Positions 25,299-36,545 of a stretch of DNA of 46,927 nt are shown in pieces (position 1 is the stretch's first letter; the number at the start of each line of letters is the position of its first letter). This DNA comes from a virus (lineage: Duplodnaviria > Caudoviricetes), in the IMG/VR virus record IMGVR_UViG_3300012664_000274, positions 1 to 46,927 of that record. One strand, written 5' to 3'. The notes under the pieces are model-generated. The model made no database searches. It saw only the letters and a list, made by a program, of their open reading frames with translations, and was not told the origin of the DNA. Position numbers and translations under genes: made by a program.

Positions 25299-28200
25299 TG
25301 ATCCTTAGATCTTTAACACGTGGTACACGCGCTGAGTTACTTGACTTGAATACTAGCTTAACTGCTAATGCATCGAACGCTGTCAAATCTTTCAAATCAA
25401 ATTCAATATCATAGAATGTATTTGGATTTGAAGTCTTTGTAATTGCCTTAACTGGAGAAGTTGCTTGTGTATAGTTGAACTGAGAAATATCAGTTGTAGA
25501 ACCAGATGGAAGCAACTTGTACCATACTTCAACATCAGCACCAGAAACTGCTGGAACGTTTGCTGAGAACATGATCTTCAAGAATGTTGAAGGCTTAGCA
25601 AGTGTAATAGTACTTGTTACATACTTAGATTCTGATGAACTTCCGACTGGAGCGATATCAGAAACATAGTTGTCAAGCATGTTGATAACAGCAGTTGTAC
25701 CAGATTGTGTTGTGAATGTATGGTCAGTTGTGATACTTGAACCATCAGTTGCAACACCAGTCACTAAGATTGGATCAACAGTATTGTTAGTTCCAGAACC
25801 AGTTCCGCTCAACTCAATATACTTACCAACATTGACACTCTTAACACGTGAACGATAATCACTTACGTTCGCGATACTGATAGTTTTACCAGCAAATGAA
25901 ATTGCTGTACCGCTAGTAGCAGAGATAATTGTTCTATCATCGACTGCATCAACGTTCTTGCTAACTGCAGTGTATGTGTCAATCTTGTTCTTGATAGTAA
26001 TCAATGACATGCGTGATGTATCGATAACTGGAGAAACGTTAGCGTTATCTGTTGTCATACGTGCAGTAACTTTTACCGACTTATCAACTGTATTAACTTC
26101 AGAAGCTACCACGTGTGGAGCATCAAAGTATGTAGTGATGTTTGGAACAATAGATGTTGGAGATGTCTCCATTTGGTATGTTTCATTCATTGGTGTCATA
26201 TCAAACGCCAATGTTGTATCAGCAAATGTTTGTGATGAAACAATCAAGTTTGCAGCATCATAACCAACGTTAACCGTTGCAACAACTGTACTTCCACCAA
26301 CAAAACCTGATGCAGTTGCATTTGTACCAACATCGATAACGAATGAATCACGTTCAGCGCTTACGATTTGGAATTCACCGTTCAAACCAGTTGTTGAAGT
26401 TGTAACAATGCCGTTATATGTTGCACTTGGCACACCAACGATTGTAACAGTAGAATCGATTGGCATTGCATGGTTAGGTGCAAATACACGAACCTTAGGT
26501 GAACCGCTTGTAGTCTTAAATGGATCTGTTTCTAACACAATTGCTGGCAATGGTTCGTTATTGAACTCAATCGCTGGATTTGCAGTTGTATTGAACACTG
26601 CTGAGTGGATTCTAAACTTCAAATCTTGCTCTTGGTTAGCAGTCCATGTAGATGCGTTTTGTGATTTAAACAATACACCTGCGTATGGTTGTTCAGAGAT
26701 GAAACGGTTTGTACCGATATTTTGTTCACCTAGTTGAGCAATCCAAACACGATAGTTGTTAGAATCTGATAACAACACTACGCAATATTCTACATTATCT
26801 TGCAAATACACTGGAGATTCGAATGTGAATGTTGTTGCAACGTTTGCAATTCCAGTTTGGTCAACATTTACTCGATCAGGTGTTAATGTAACACGAGAGA
26901 ATGGAAGAATCTTTTGACCTGGGTAACCGTTAACAACTTCGCGAATCTGCAAGTTGACTGGAACACCAATATCCTTAGTGGCGAAATATACATCTACTTT
27001 AGTGATGAAAGCACCACCAGTAGATTGCACTAAGAATGTTTGTGCCAATGGATCATACCAACCAGTGTCACGAGTCAATGCTTCGTCACCATAAACTGTC
27101 CATGGACGTGTTTCGCTAGCAGGTTGTACTGCAACGTCAGCGTTACGAACCGCGTTAATAGTCTTCTGTTTAGTTTCTAAAACACCTTGAGCACGATATT
27201 GTGTACGACCTTGAGTTGTGTAATCTAAACCACCAGTTGAACTGTCGCTCAACTTGAATTCACGAATACCTGTACGGAAGCGAATTGACTCTGTGTTAGG
27301 GATAGAGAACACACCAGCAACAGAACCGTTGAAGTTAGTAACTAAATCATCACCAACATCAAGAGGTGTAACTGCCTCAGTGATTGTATATTCAGCACCA
27401 GAGATAGAACCTTTGATGATATCACCAACTTGGAATGTACCTTTACGAATATTCAATACGTAAACCGCTTCAGCAGCAGATTCAACTGATTTTTCTGTCA
27501 ACACTGCAACTGCAGTTACAGGACTATCGCTCTGTGAGTTGTAAGCTACGCTACCACGTTGCTTGACATAAACGACGTCACCTTTGTTATACGCAGCTTC
27601 AGCTTTAGTGCTTACTTGACGTGCAACTTCCTCAGCATCACCACCAACGTTTACATCAGTGTTGAATGATTTACCATTTCCAGAACCGATGCTAATTTTT
27701 GTAGAAGGTGTAATGAATGCCTTGATGTCAGTGTCATCGAAGAATGGATTTACTTTAGCACCAGGTTTCATACCCTTACATACGAATAGCAATTCACGTG
27801 AACGGATATATGGAATTAACGCTGTCTGTAATACACGATCTTCAACGACTTGATAGTCAATGCGTGGAGTAACAGTCGTTGTAACACCAACACGACCTTG
27901 AATAACTGATGTAGCTGGAGTTGAGAATGTTAATACACGAGCACCAGCAGCACCATTACCAAATGATGTTGCGTCACCACCAATAGCTTCTAATTCAGCT
28001 TGAGTGAATGTACGACGATCCATCCAACGACCAGCACCTAGACCATAGTCTCTGCTATCGAAACCACGTGTAACGACTAGACGATCGATGTTTTGTGTTT
28101 GGCCAACCCATTGAGTTTCCCAAGCACCCCAAACTGTACCCAATACACCTTTAGCTTGTAATTGAGATTGAACTGCGTTAAAGTTACCTTCAACGTTATT

Positions 28201-31200
28201 CACAATGTCTGGACGACGGTTAACTTCGAACCATTCATCTGATGGTGGATTCAATGATACACTACCTAAGAATGTAAAGATCGCAAATGGGTTTACGTTC
28301 TCTACACGAGACGCAAACGGTTGATTAATCAATACTTTTTCTGTATATGGTAAAGTGATGATGTCACCAGTTAATGCATAACCTGCAGCATCACGTGTAC
28401 CTGATAGCTTAGTTTCTAACAAGTTAACGTTGTTCATTGTATAGAATGGGCGCAATTCTTTTGCACTCATATCAATAGAACATGAATAATCAATAGATGC
28501 TACGTCACCAAGATCTTGACCTTTGAAACTGTCAACGATGAAACCGTTCTTGAAACGATCTAGACCTTCTTCGTCTGGGATCGCCATAGATTTAGTTTCT
28601 TGTTCAAGCAATGACAATGCAGTGTAGTATTCTAGAGTCTCAATACGACGATCTAGTTTACCAATGTCACGCATTGTGTAACGACGATTGTCGATTGTTT
28701 CAATAGCAACAGAACCTGCGCTTGGGAACAATGTGTATGCAGATACACGTAGTTTAGCAAGCAACATGCCAATAGATGGATCTTTTGGTTCTTCTGGTGA
28801 TAAGCTTGACACACCTTCAATTGTGAAGAACTGTCCATCTGGACTTAATGCCAACTTGTCTGAACGTGGCAAGAAGTATGAATAACTTGTTGACGTTTCG
28901 AAACCGATTTTTGGCAATTCAGTACGTGATGCACCAGTACCATTGAAAGTTGTATTAGCATCATCGATACGTGGACGGAAGTCCATAACGTCAGCCAAGG
29001 CAACTAAACCTGTGGATGCGTAATAGTATGGAATTCTGTTGTATGGAATATCTTTGTATGAGTTAACAGTGAAATAGTCACCAGCAGTACTTGTGCTGTG
29101 TGAGAAATAATCAAAGATAACACGAACTGCACCAGTTGGAACTGGGTAACCATCTTTACGGATGATCTTTGATACACCGTAGTGAGTATCACGTTGACCA
29201 TTGTCGAATGTGAACCAATCAGTAATATCAGTTGTCACTGATGGATTAGAAGATGCTGTCCATGTACCAACTTCAGCCATGAGAATAGAAACAACACGAA
29301 GAGCGTCAGCTTTTCCAAGTGACAATGTATTGCTATTAACATCAGTTTGACCAAAGTCAACGATTGCATTTGACTTTAACGTCTTTGTCTTTTCGTATGC
29401 AGCAGTGCCACGTTTACGAACTGGAGCAAATACACTATATGACTTGCTAGCTGTTAAACCACCAATTGTCACTTGCGTTTCATTTAGACCAGTAAATGTT
29501 ACACTTGATGGAGTAACAATAACACCATCAGTCTTGTTAACAACGATCCAATCATTTAATGATGTTGCCGCTGGGTTGAATTCTGAACCAAGTGTTGTAG
29601 CACCGATAGCATCAGTGATATTGATTTGCAATTCTGTGTTACCAGAAGCAACAGTACCATCAAATCGTTGAGTTGTTGTGTAGTTTGTACTATTATCTAA
29701 ATCGTTTTGCAAGCGTACATTACGAATAAACGAATATGCTAATGGGAATAATAGAGGCAAATCACCAGGATTTACAATAGCTGTTTCAACACGAGCGTAT
29801 GGTGCAGCACCAGAGAAAGTGCCAGTAAATGCAGCATCGATAGTGACTGATATAACACCACTAATATTGTTAATGCTTACAACACGACGTTGTTCTGCAC
29901 CAATAGATGTTGTTGTACGAATGTAATCGCCAGCTTTTAATTGTGCAGTAAAATCAGCACCTGCAGAACCATTGATCTTTGTTGGTGTACCTGATTCTGG
30001 TAAAATCAAACCGCTCAATGTTGTGTAAACACCAGTAACGTCTGCAGCGATATTTAGAATTGTTGTACCGCTATCAAAGAATACTTGCTTAACGTCACGT
30101 TCTATTGTGTAACCATTGATCATTTCAACATCAAACAAGTATGCACGATACACACCAGTTGATGTACCTGGAGTTCCAGAATCAAATTCGAATGCACGAA
30201 TGCGAGCAGTACCAACTTGTGTACCTGAACCAGCAGTTTGTGGGTTTGTTGAAGGTGTTAATCGATTGAACAAACTAACTTTAGGAAATTGTGAGCAATC
30301 AACTAAACCACGAACGTTAGTAACCAAAATGTAGTTACCATAGTTGATTGGAATAGCGTCATCACCGATATACGCGAATTCACGAGCCTTAGGTGCTTTT
30401 ACATATTCAGTAGAGATTTTTTCTACTTCATAACCTTGAACATAAGCTTTGCCTGGTTCAACAGCTACAGCGATATGATCATCGCTACCACCTTTTTCAG
30501 GTGTTAAGTAACCACGATTGAAAGATGGAGTCTTTGTATATGACCACTTTAATACACCATCACTAATAGCGTTTTCTGGATATGGATTAGTTGCATCAAA
30601 ATTAACTGCTGGAGTGTCAGAACCTGATACGCCACCAGTCAATGCAGTGAAATAGTTTCCACCAGATGTAACGATATCACCCATCAAATAACTAGTAGCA
30701 GTTGTCCATTCACCGCGATTGTTATTGCGGTGTTCACGAACAGAAACTTTAAATGGAGAAACTGTGTAATGACCAGATTCGTCATATGTACGACGAGCCA
30801 AAGTCTTTGTCAATAGAGAGTAATCAGTTTCTGTAACACGTAATTGAATTACACCATTATCAACACGAATTAATTCGATGAAGTTAGAATCAGATACAGA
30901 ATCTAATGCTAATTGTGTAAATGTCAATGTGATCTGATAACGATGTGCACCTGGAGCATTAGCGTTAGGCGCACCATTTGCGTTATCGTTCAATGTTGAA
31001 TCGCTACCAGAATCAACGATATTTTCTTGAACTAACAAACCGATACGACGACTTGGCTTGTTATTGTATTTGTCAATAATAATAGTTTGTGAATCTGCAA
31101 GTGTGAATTGACCTTTAACAAAGTAAATACCACGCTCAATAGATGCAATAGAACCTACGCCAATTGTGCCAGTTCCTGTTTTAATTTGCACAGTACGCTC

Positions 31201-31671
31201 TACACCTGAAACAGTTGTATCAGCACTCGCAATTAACAATTCGCCTGGTGCAAATTGTTTAGTAGTTGTATCAGTACCAGAAGATGTATAACGAACAAAC
31301 AACGTAATTGGATCAGTGCTTGTTTCTTGTGTAACAGTAGTAACGCGTGCAGTCACACCTGTTGTTTGACCAACAAGTGTTGCACCAACTAAATCAGTTA
31401 CAATTGTGTTTACGTTAACAGAGTCAGTTTCAGATTCAACTTTTAAATATGTGATTTCCATGTCAAGCGATGATTGACCTGGGATAACCATTGCACCATC
31501 TTTAAATAGGTGCAAACCTAAACGTTCAATTTGTGTTTGAAGGTATGTTTGTAGTTGGTTTAATTCACGTACTTGTAAAGACACACCTGGTCTAAATAGT
31601 ACGCGAAGGTAATTCTTATCCTCGTCATAATCGTCATGATATGGCGTTTGAGAAAAGATTTTTAATGACAT
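25285..31671 (-). CDS. Large virion structural protein (DUF4815/VrlC-like)
   Basis: PYHDDYD..KNY.RVLFRPG..LQVRELNQLQ, APGAHRY, LARRTYDESG.Y, RYTMRDIG.L..RI..LEYYT.LSLLE, DPLAQTF, LFKSQN.STW, P.VKDLR.IA. Confidence 0.85.
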   Translation of the reverse strand: MSLKIFSQTPYHDDYDEDKNYLRVLFRPGVSLQVRELNQLQTYLQTQIERLGLHLFKDGAMVIPGQSSLDMEITYLKVESETDSVNVNTIVTDLVGATLVGQTTGVTARVTTVTQETSTDPITLFVRYTSSGTDTTTKQFAPGELLIASADTTVSGVERTVQIKTGTGTIGVGSIASIERGIYFVKGQFTLADSQTIIIDKYNNKPSRRIGLLVQENIVDSGSDSTLNDNANGAPNANAPGAHRYQITLTFTQLALDSVSDSNFIELIRVDNGVIQLRVTETDYSLLTKTLARRTYDESGHYTVSPFKVSVREHRNNNRGEWTTATSYLMGDIVTSGGNYFTALTGGVSGSDTPAVNFDATNPYPENAISDGVLKWSYTKTPSFNRGYLTPEKGGSDDHIAVAVEPGKAYVQGYEVEKISTEYVKAPKAREFAYIGDDAIPINYGNYILVTNVRGLVDCSQFPKVSLFNRLTPSTNPQTAGSGTQVGTARIRAFEFDSGTPGTSTGVYRAYLFDVEMINGYTIERDVKQVFFDSGTTILNIAADVTGVYTTLSGLILPESGTPTKINGSAGADFTAQLKAGDYIRTTTSIGAEQRRVVSINNISGVISVTIDAAFTGTFSGAAPYARVETAIVNPGDLPLLFPLAYSFIRNVRLQNDLDNSTNYTTTQRFDGTVASGNTELQINITDAIGATTLGSEFNPAATSLNDWIVVNKTDGVIVTPSSVTFTGLNETQVTIGGLTASKSYSVFAPVRKRGTAAYEKTKTLKSNAIVDFGQTDVNSNTLSLGKADALRVVSILMAEVGTWTASSNPSVTTDITDWFTFDNGQRDTHYGVSKIIRKDGYPVPTGAVRVIFDYFSHSTSTAGDYFTVNSYKDIPYNRIPYYYASTGLVALADVMDFRPRIDDANTTFNGTGASRTELPKIGFETSTSYSYFLPRSDKLALSPDGQFFTIEGVSSLSPEEPKDPSIGMLLAKLRVSAYTLFPSAGSVAIETIDNRRYTMRDIGKLDRRIETLEYYTALSLLEQETKSMAIPDEEGLDRFKNGFIVDSFKGQDLGDVASIDYSCSIDMSAKELRPFYTMNNVNLLETKLSGTRDAAGYALTGDIITLPYTEKVLINQPFASRVENVNPFAIFTFLGSVSLNPPSDEWFEVNRRPDIVNNVEGNFNAVQSQLQAKGVLGTVWGAWETQWVGQTQNIDRLVVTRGFDSRDYGLGAGRWMDRRTFTQAELEAIGGDATSFGNGAAGARVLTFSTPATSVIQGRVGVTTTVTPRIDYQVVEDRVLQTALIPYIRSRELLFVCKGMKPGAKVNPFFDDTDIKAFITPSTKISIGSGNGKSFNTDVNVGGDAEEVARQVSTKAEAAYNKGDVVYVKQRGSVAYNSQSDSPVTAVAVLTEKSVESAAEAVYVLNIRKGTFQVGDIIKGSISGAEYTITEAVTPLDVGDDLVTNFNGSVAGVFSIPNTESIRFRTGIREFKLSDSSTGGLDYTTQGRTQYRAQGVLETKQKTINAVRNADVAVQPASETRPWTVYGDEALTRDTGWYDPLAQTFLVQSTGGAFITKVDVYFATKDIGVPVNLQIREVVNGYPGQKILPFSRVTLTPDRVNVDQTGIANVATTFTFESPVYLQDNVEYCVVLLSDSNNYRVWIAQLGEQNIGTNRFISEQPYAGVLFKSQNASTWTANQEQDLKFRIHSAVFNTTANPAIEFNNEPLPAIVLETDPFKTTSGSPKVRVFAPNHAMPIDSTVTIVGVPSATYNGIVTTSTTGLNGEFQIVSAERDSFVIDVGTNATASGFVGGSTVVATVNVGYDAANLIVSSQTFADTTLAFDMTPMNETYQMETSPTSIVPNITTYFDAPHVVASEVNTVDKSVKVTARMTTDNANVSPVIDTSRMSLITIKNKIDTYTAVSKNVDAVDDRTIISATSGTAISFAGKTISIANVSDYRSRVKSVNVGKYIELSGTGSGTNNTVDPILVTGVATDGSSITTDHTFTTQSGTTAVINMLDNYVSDIAPVGSSSESKYVTSTITLAKPSTFLKIMFSANVPAVSGADVEVWYKLLPSGSTTDISQFNYTQATSPVKAITKTSNPNTFYDIEFDLKDLTAFDALAVKLVFKSSNSARVPRVKDLRIIACA

Positions 31672-31691
31672 ATTTTAAAAGCCTTAATTTA

Positions 31692-33161
31692 TTATAATTC
31701 TAACACTAGTTTTACGTCTTCGGTCTGACTAGTATTTCTAGTAACTAGAGATAAGTTTTCGATATACACTACGTTACCAGTTAATGGTTCATATTCTGGA
31801 CTTAGTACAGCATCGACAACAGCTGAAGCGCTACCAATTGTTACTGTTTCACCAACTGCAAAAGTTTTAAAACCTGTTGAAGCATTTTGGTGGAATTTGA
31901 TTTCGCTATCTGTTGTATTTACACTATCCACCCAAGCGATTGCGCCAGATGTTTGACCAGTTAGAACAGTATCTTTTACAACTGTACCACTTGTTAATGT
32001 GTATTGAATAGTTGTTAATGCACTTAATGTTACTGAAGATGAAACTGCTGAAGCTGTCCAATATGAAATATCATCAGCGAATACATCAGAAGTATGATTA
32101 GTGTCACAAACATATGATGTATCTTGGTATCGTACGACATCACCAACAACATAATTTGTCGCTGTTACCCATTGACCTTTTAATTCATCGCGTGCATTAT
32201 TAATTTCTCTAGGATTTGCAACTAGCATGATTTGACGGAAGTCGTTATCAACGATGAAGTCGCCAGCACCGTCAGCTCCAACTAGTTCAGTGTCAATCAT
32301 AACATAATATGCACCTAATTCGTCAGCTGGATTTGCACCATGACCACCTTTTGGTGAAATTACTGCACGTGCTGTTGCACCGTTACCACTACCACCGCTA
32401 ATAGTTACTGTTGCGATATCATAACCAACACCAGGAGTATTAATTAGAATTTCAGAGATAGAACCGTCTTGTGCAACAGTAATACCTGATGCGATAACAG
32501 TTGCACCTGTACCATTACCTGTAATTGTTACAGTTGGTTTAGTAGTTGAATAACCAGAACCACCAGCAACTACTTTAATGCGATGGATACCGCCTTTAAT
32601 AGCACTTTGTTGAACATCCCATTGAGATGTTGTGTCATCAGTTAACAATGTAACTACTGGCATGAATGTAGAAGTTAAGAATTTAACAACGTTAATGTTA
32701 GTGATAGTATACATGAATTTCCATGCATAACCATCATTATATGATACGATCGTTAAATCACTACCAGTTGGTTTATTGATAGAACCAGATGGACCAGCTT
32801 TAATACACTTATAAACGTTCAATTCATCAGTGATGACATAATATTGTTTTGTTGAAAGTGTGCTGTCGCGATCATCATACTCCGCGTATGTTTGACCCGA
32901 AATCCAGTTGTAACGAGGAATTGCACGACTAATACCAGCACCCGCGATTTTCTTGAAAGCGATTGCATTAGACAATGCATCAACTTCAGATAAACCTGTG
33001 TCTAATGGTAATGGAGGTGCTGATTCTGAACCGCCGCCTGTGACCCAAGTTTCAGTTCTGCCGATGCCCAAATAGTATGTGTTTGGACCGTTACCTGCCA
33101 AGTCGTCGATTAGACTATCTGCGTTCTTGTAACGGAATTTAGTTGTAATAATTGCTGCCAT
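31692..33161 (-). CDS. gp8: Baseplate wedge subunit gp8-like
   Basis: MAAIIT.KFR..NA, PRYNW.SG, YYV.T....VYKCI, DGY.WKFMYTI, NDFRQI, G...YIEN.....R...QTEDVKLVLE. Confidence 0.85.
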   Translation of the reverse strand: MAAIITTKFRYKNADSLIDDLAGNGPNTYYLGIGRTETWVTGGGSESAPPLPLDTGLSEVDALSNAIAFKKIAGAGISRAIPRYNWISGQTYAEYDDRDSTLSTKQYYVITDELNVYKCIKAGPSGSINKPTGSDLTIVSYNDGYAWKFMYTITNINVVKFLTSTFMPVVTLLTDDTTSQWDVQQSAIKGGIHRIKVVAGGSGYSTTKPTVTITGNGTGATVIASGITVAQDGSISEILINTPGVGYDIATVTISGGSGNGATARAVISPKGGHGANPADELGAYYVMIDTELVGADGAGDFIVDNDFRQIMLVANPREINNARDELKGQWVTATNYVVGDVVRYQDTSYVCDTNHTSDVFADDISYWTASAVSSSVTLSALTTIQYTLTSGTVVKDTVLTGQTSGAIAWVDSVNTTDSEIKFHQNASTGFKTFAVGETVTIGSASAVVDAVLSPEYEPLTGNVVYIENLSLVTRNTSQTEDVKLVLEL

Positions 33162-33185
33162 TTAAAAGTCCTTAGGGATATGTTG

Positions 33186-33193
33186 TATTTATA
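33186..33193 (-). promoter_or_regulatory. T4-type late promoter TATAAATA
   Basis: Exact motif in the gp7-gp8 intergenic gap. Confidence 0.75.
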
Positions 33194-33196
33194 TCA

Positions 33197-34180
33197 TCAT
33201 TCGTAATCGAAATCACGATCGTTTGCCATTGAGCGTTGTCCTGGCATAATATTAGATTTAACACTATATGTAGGAGCACCTTCAGCATTAGCCACCACTA
33301 CTTGGCCATAATCATCGATAATATCTAATGATTCAAACTTGTATTCATCTAAGTGTTTATATGTTGCACCGAGTGGAGTGAACGCCTTAGATAATAAACC
33401 GCTGTTTTCAGTATATGTGATACCAATACCAAATGTACGAAGAGAAACACCACCAACATTTTGCATTTTCATTGCGACAGGTTGAGCCAAAATAGGGATA
33501 AGCGGTTTTTGACCTTCAAGCGAACCTGGTTGAGTTAACGGTGATTTGAGTTTTTGTATTGAAGCAAAACTATTAATTTTTACTTGACCAAAGAAAGCAA
33601 AACCAGCTGGATGCAAGATTTTAGCTACAATATCTTTCCATGTTTCAACTGTTTTCGATGTCTTAATAACATATGAATAGTCTTGATAATAATAACTATC
33701 TTGAATGTATTTACGATCAGATAAAAAGCCATTATTGTCCAAATATCGTTGCTCTGTATTGTCCCAAGCTCCTTCAGATGGTTTAAGCATATCCACACGT
33801 GGGAAATATAACTCAATTTCATCTTGGAATAGCAAGTTGAACAATGCTTCGTATGAAGGCAATGATCCTTTAGACAAATATAGATCGCTTAGATGCTTAT
33901 ATAGCTTTCTACGATCAATGCCCTGAATATTTGGAATTGATGCTGCTAATTCACGTTGAATAAACTGCAAAAACTCATCTGGAATTTCGTCAATATTACG
34001 TGCATCAACTAATCTGTTGATAATGTTAGCTGGTGAAATAGCATCTTGTTGCTGCCACTCAAAATATGCTTCAATGAATTCAATAAAGCGTGTATTATCA
34101 CGCAAGTGCTCAGGCAATGCAGCTTGTATTGAATACAAGTCTGGAAGATTAGTTGAAAGCTTACTTCCGTGTAACTTCAT
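33197..34180 (-). CDS. gp7: Baseplate wedge initiator gp7-like (compact)
   Basis: F.EF.EAYFEW, Y.SKG...SY..LF.LLF, IQDSYYYQDYSYVIK, HPAGF.FFG; located between gp6 and gp8. Confidence 0.75.
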   Translation of the reverse strand: MKLHGSKLSTNLPDLYSIQAALPEHLRDNTRFIEFIEAYFEWQQQDAISPANIINRLVDARNIDEIPDEFLQFIQRELAASIPNIQGIDRRKLYKHLSDLYLSKGSLPSYEALFNLLFQDEIELYFPRVDMLKPSEGAWDNTEQRYLDNNGFLSDRKYIQDSYYYQDYSYVIKTSKTVETWKDIVAKILHPAGFAFFGQVKINSFASIQKLKSPLTQPGSLEGQKPLIPILAQPVAMKMQNVGGVSLRTFGIGITYTENSGLLSKAFTPLGATYKHLDEYKFESLDIIDDYGQVVVANAEGAPTYSVKSNIMPGQRSMANDRDFDYE

Positions 34181-34181
34181 A

Positions 34182-36083
34182 TTATTCTTCTTCTGAGTGA
34201 CGTGAAATAGTTGTATAACCTACACCAGCAGGAGCTCCACCAGTTGCAATAGTATCAACTTGACCGTTAACAGTAACTTGAGACATATCAATGCGTAATA
34301 ATTGATTACGCTTTGGCGCAATATCTAAACTGTTTGGTAATGCTGTAAATCTTACATAATCGATACCTGTAGGAAGTGCAGTTGGATTAAATGCGTTGAC
34401 AATAACTGTACCATCAGTTGCAATAATATAACCAGTGTCACTTTTTGTAACAATCTTGGTGTTATTAAGAACTTTATACATTTGTAGTGTATGTGTTCCG
34501 CCTTCATCAGAATGTTCTTCGCTAACACCTAATTCTTGTGGCTTATCTTGGATAAACGTTTCAACACCATTTATATAGAATGCAGATGTTTTAATAACAC
34601 TTTCATTAGAACGTGATGTGTACAATGGTGATGAGAATGTAATCTGATATCTAAGTGGAGTTCCAACAGTTGGATAAATGTATTTTTCCATATAAACACG
34701 AATAGACGAGTTCAAAATAGATGGATCACACGTATCAATTAAACGTGATAACTTAGAATGACGGAATACACCATCAAATTGCTTTAAATCACTATCATTA
34801 TATGCACTAATAACATCTGAAACAAGTTTTTGCAATTCACCGCTTGTGCGTGATGTCAATGCCGGATTGTATTTGAAGAAAACTTCTAAACGTAGATATG
34901 TGTATTCTGGATCAATAATTTCTGGTGTGATAGACACAATATTACGTGGTTTTAGAATTTGGTCTTTAATTAATTGCTTTTCAGCTGGTGAAAGAAAGTC
35001 ACCAGTCTTAGGTTTGACAGAGATATACGCTTTACCGTATTGTGGAGGATCATTTTGTTCTCCACCCCAAACTGCAATTGATTCAACGTTTGAATAGTTT
35101 TCTAGAATAGCAGCTTTATAATCATCTGGAGTAACAACACGGTTTTGTGCAACGTATGTCAATGGCGCATTAAATTTAATTGATTGGTTTGATTCTTTTT
35201 CAGCACCACCAGCACCTTTTGCAATAGTTGCAATATCAAGTTCATCGCTTCCAGCAATATCACCATTAGATGTGAATAAAGAAGCACCATTTGCATCTGG
35301 TCCATCAGTTGATAACCATTCGAAAATTACAACATTACCTGCTGTTAATTTTTTAGATGTAATGCCATCACCGAAATAAATTTCAAACTTACCATCTAAA
35401 CCTTCTTGAATATAATATGCTTTAGACTTGTAATTAGATGATGTGAAGTTTTTAGTTAATGTGTAAACATCATATGCAGTCTCTGACATATTTTCTTTTA
35501 CTTTAACAACTAGCGTTTCACGATCGATGTTAGTATCTGGAATTTCAAAGTATTGCGTAGAATCAAATGAATCAACAATATACGAAATGTTCTTTAATGT
35601 ACCTTGTTTTAAGGCAACGTTTGTAAACTTATAAACTCCAGCAACTGGAACAGTATTAATTGTCTCTAAGTTCGTAAAGAAAAACTGTTTATCATTAATA
35701 ATTGTTGAAAATTGTGCGCCGCGATTTAATGTAATCGATGTTGGAGCAACTGATGGATTCAAACTATCAATTGGGTTTGTAACAGCGATATCAACGATTG
35801 CTGTTGCTGCAGCACGTGAACGTGGAACATATCCAAGCATTTTTGCATGTGATACAATGTTATTACGACGATCTGCTGAGTCAAGGAATACTTCATTCAA
35901 TGACATATTAGCATTCATAGCATTATAATGTGTATTATATGCTAACAAGTCTAATAACATGTTCATGCCTGAACCATCAAAATCATAATCGGTAAATTTA
36001 CCTTGTCCTTGTAAGGACTTCATATGAGCTTTAAGGTTTTCCTTGATTTGGAAAAAATCTAATTCTGTGACTTTGATAGCCAT
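34182..36083 (-). CDS. gp6: Baseplate wedge subunit gp6
   Basis: ELDF.QIK.NLK, FTDYDF.GSG...LLDLLAYNTHY, VSHAK.LGY.PRS, FGDG, QNR.VT..DY, WGGE.N.PP.YGK. Confidence 0.92.
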   Translation of the reverse strand: MAIKVTELDFFQIKENLKAHMKSLQGQGKFTDYDFDGSGMNMLLDLLAYNTHYNAMNANMSLNEVFLDSADRRNNIVSHAKMLGYVPRSRAAATAIVDIAVTNPIDSLNPSVAPTSITLNRGAQFSTIINDKQFFFTNLETINTVPVAGVYKFTNVALKQGTLKNISYIVDSFDSTQYFEIPDTNIDRETLVVKVKENMSETAYDVYTLTKNFTSSNYKSKAYYIQEGLDGKFEIYFGDGITSKKLTAGNVVIFEWLSTDGPDANGASLFTSNGDIAGSDELDIATIAKGAGGAEKESNQSIKFNAPLTYVAQNRVVTPDDYKAAILENYSNVESIAVWGGEQNDPPQYGKAYISVKPKTGDFLSPAEKQLIKDQILKPRNIVSITPEIIDPEYTYLRLEVFFKYNPALTSRTSGELQKLVSDVISAYNDSDLKQFDGVFRHSKLSRLIDTCDPSILNSSIRVYMEKYIYPTVGTPLRYQITFSSPLYTSRSNESVIKTSAFYINGVETFIQDKPQELGVSEEHSDEGGTHTLQMYKVLNNTKIVTKSDTGYIIATDGTVIVNAFNPTALPTGIDYVRFTALPNSLDIAPKRNQLLRIDMSQVTVNGQVDTIATGGAPAGVGYTTISRHSEEE

Positions 36084-36532
36084 TATCTTAATCTCTCTAA
36101 TACGATATCTGTTGTTACGACTTGTTGTGAAGATAAAATTTGGAATTCCAAAGTCAATCGATATGAATTGTCATCTTCTTGAAAATCAGATGTAATATCT
36201 AACACACGAACTCTAGGTTCAAAGTTTTCAATTGTTCTATTTACTGCTTCTTCAATACTATGCATTGTGATTGGATCTGCAGGTTCAAATAATAATCCAC
36301 GTACGCCTGAACCAATTTCAGGTTGAAATGGTCTTTCGAAAAAACTAGTCAAAACTAGATTAATAACTGAACGCTTGATTGCTTCAGTGTCTCGAATTGG
36401 ATTAATATCACCAGTTACTGGATTTGGTCTAAATGCTAAATCCAAATCTGCGTATGGTGTTTGTCTAGCAATGAATTTAGACTTATTATTTGATATATCA
36501 AGCGAAATATCTGATAGTGTTTGTGTACGCAT
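36083..36532 (-). CDS. gp25: Baseplate wedge subunit gp25
   Basis: YADLDL.F..NPVT.DI....D.EAIKRSV.NLV.T...ERPF.P.IG, FEPRV. Confidence 0.9.
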   Translation of the reverse strand: MRTQTLSDISLDISNNKSKFIARQTPYADLDLAFRPNPVTGDINPIRDTEAIKRSVINLVLTSFFERPFQPEIGSGVRGLLFEPADPITMHSIEEAVNRTIENFEPRVRVLDITSDFQEDDNSYRLTLEFQILSSQQVVTTDIVLERLR

Positions 36533-36537
36533 ACTAC

Positions 36538-36545
36538 TATTTATT
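36538..36545 (-). promoter_or_regulatory. Late-promoter variant AATAAATA
   Basis: One mismatch to TATAAATA, 5 nt upstream of the gp25 ATG. Confidence 0.55.
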
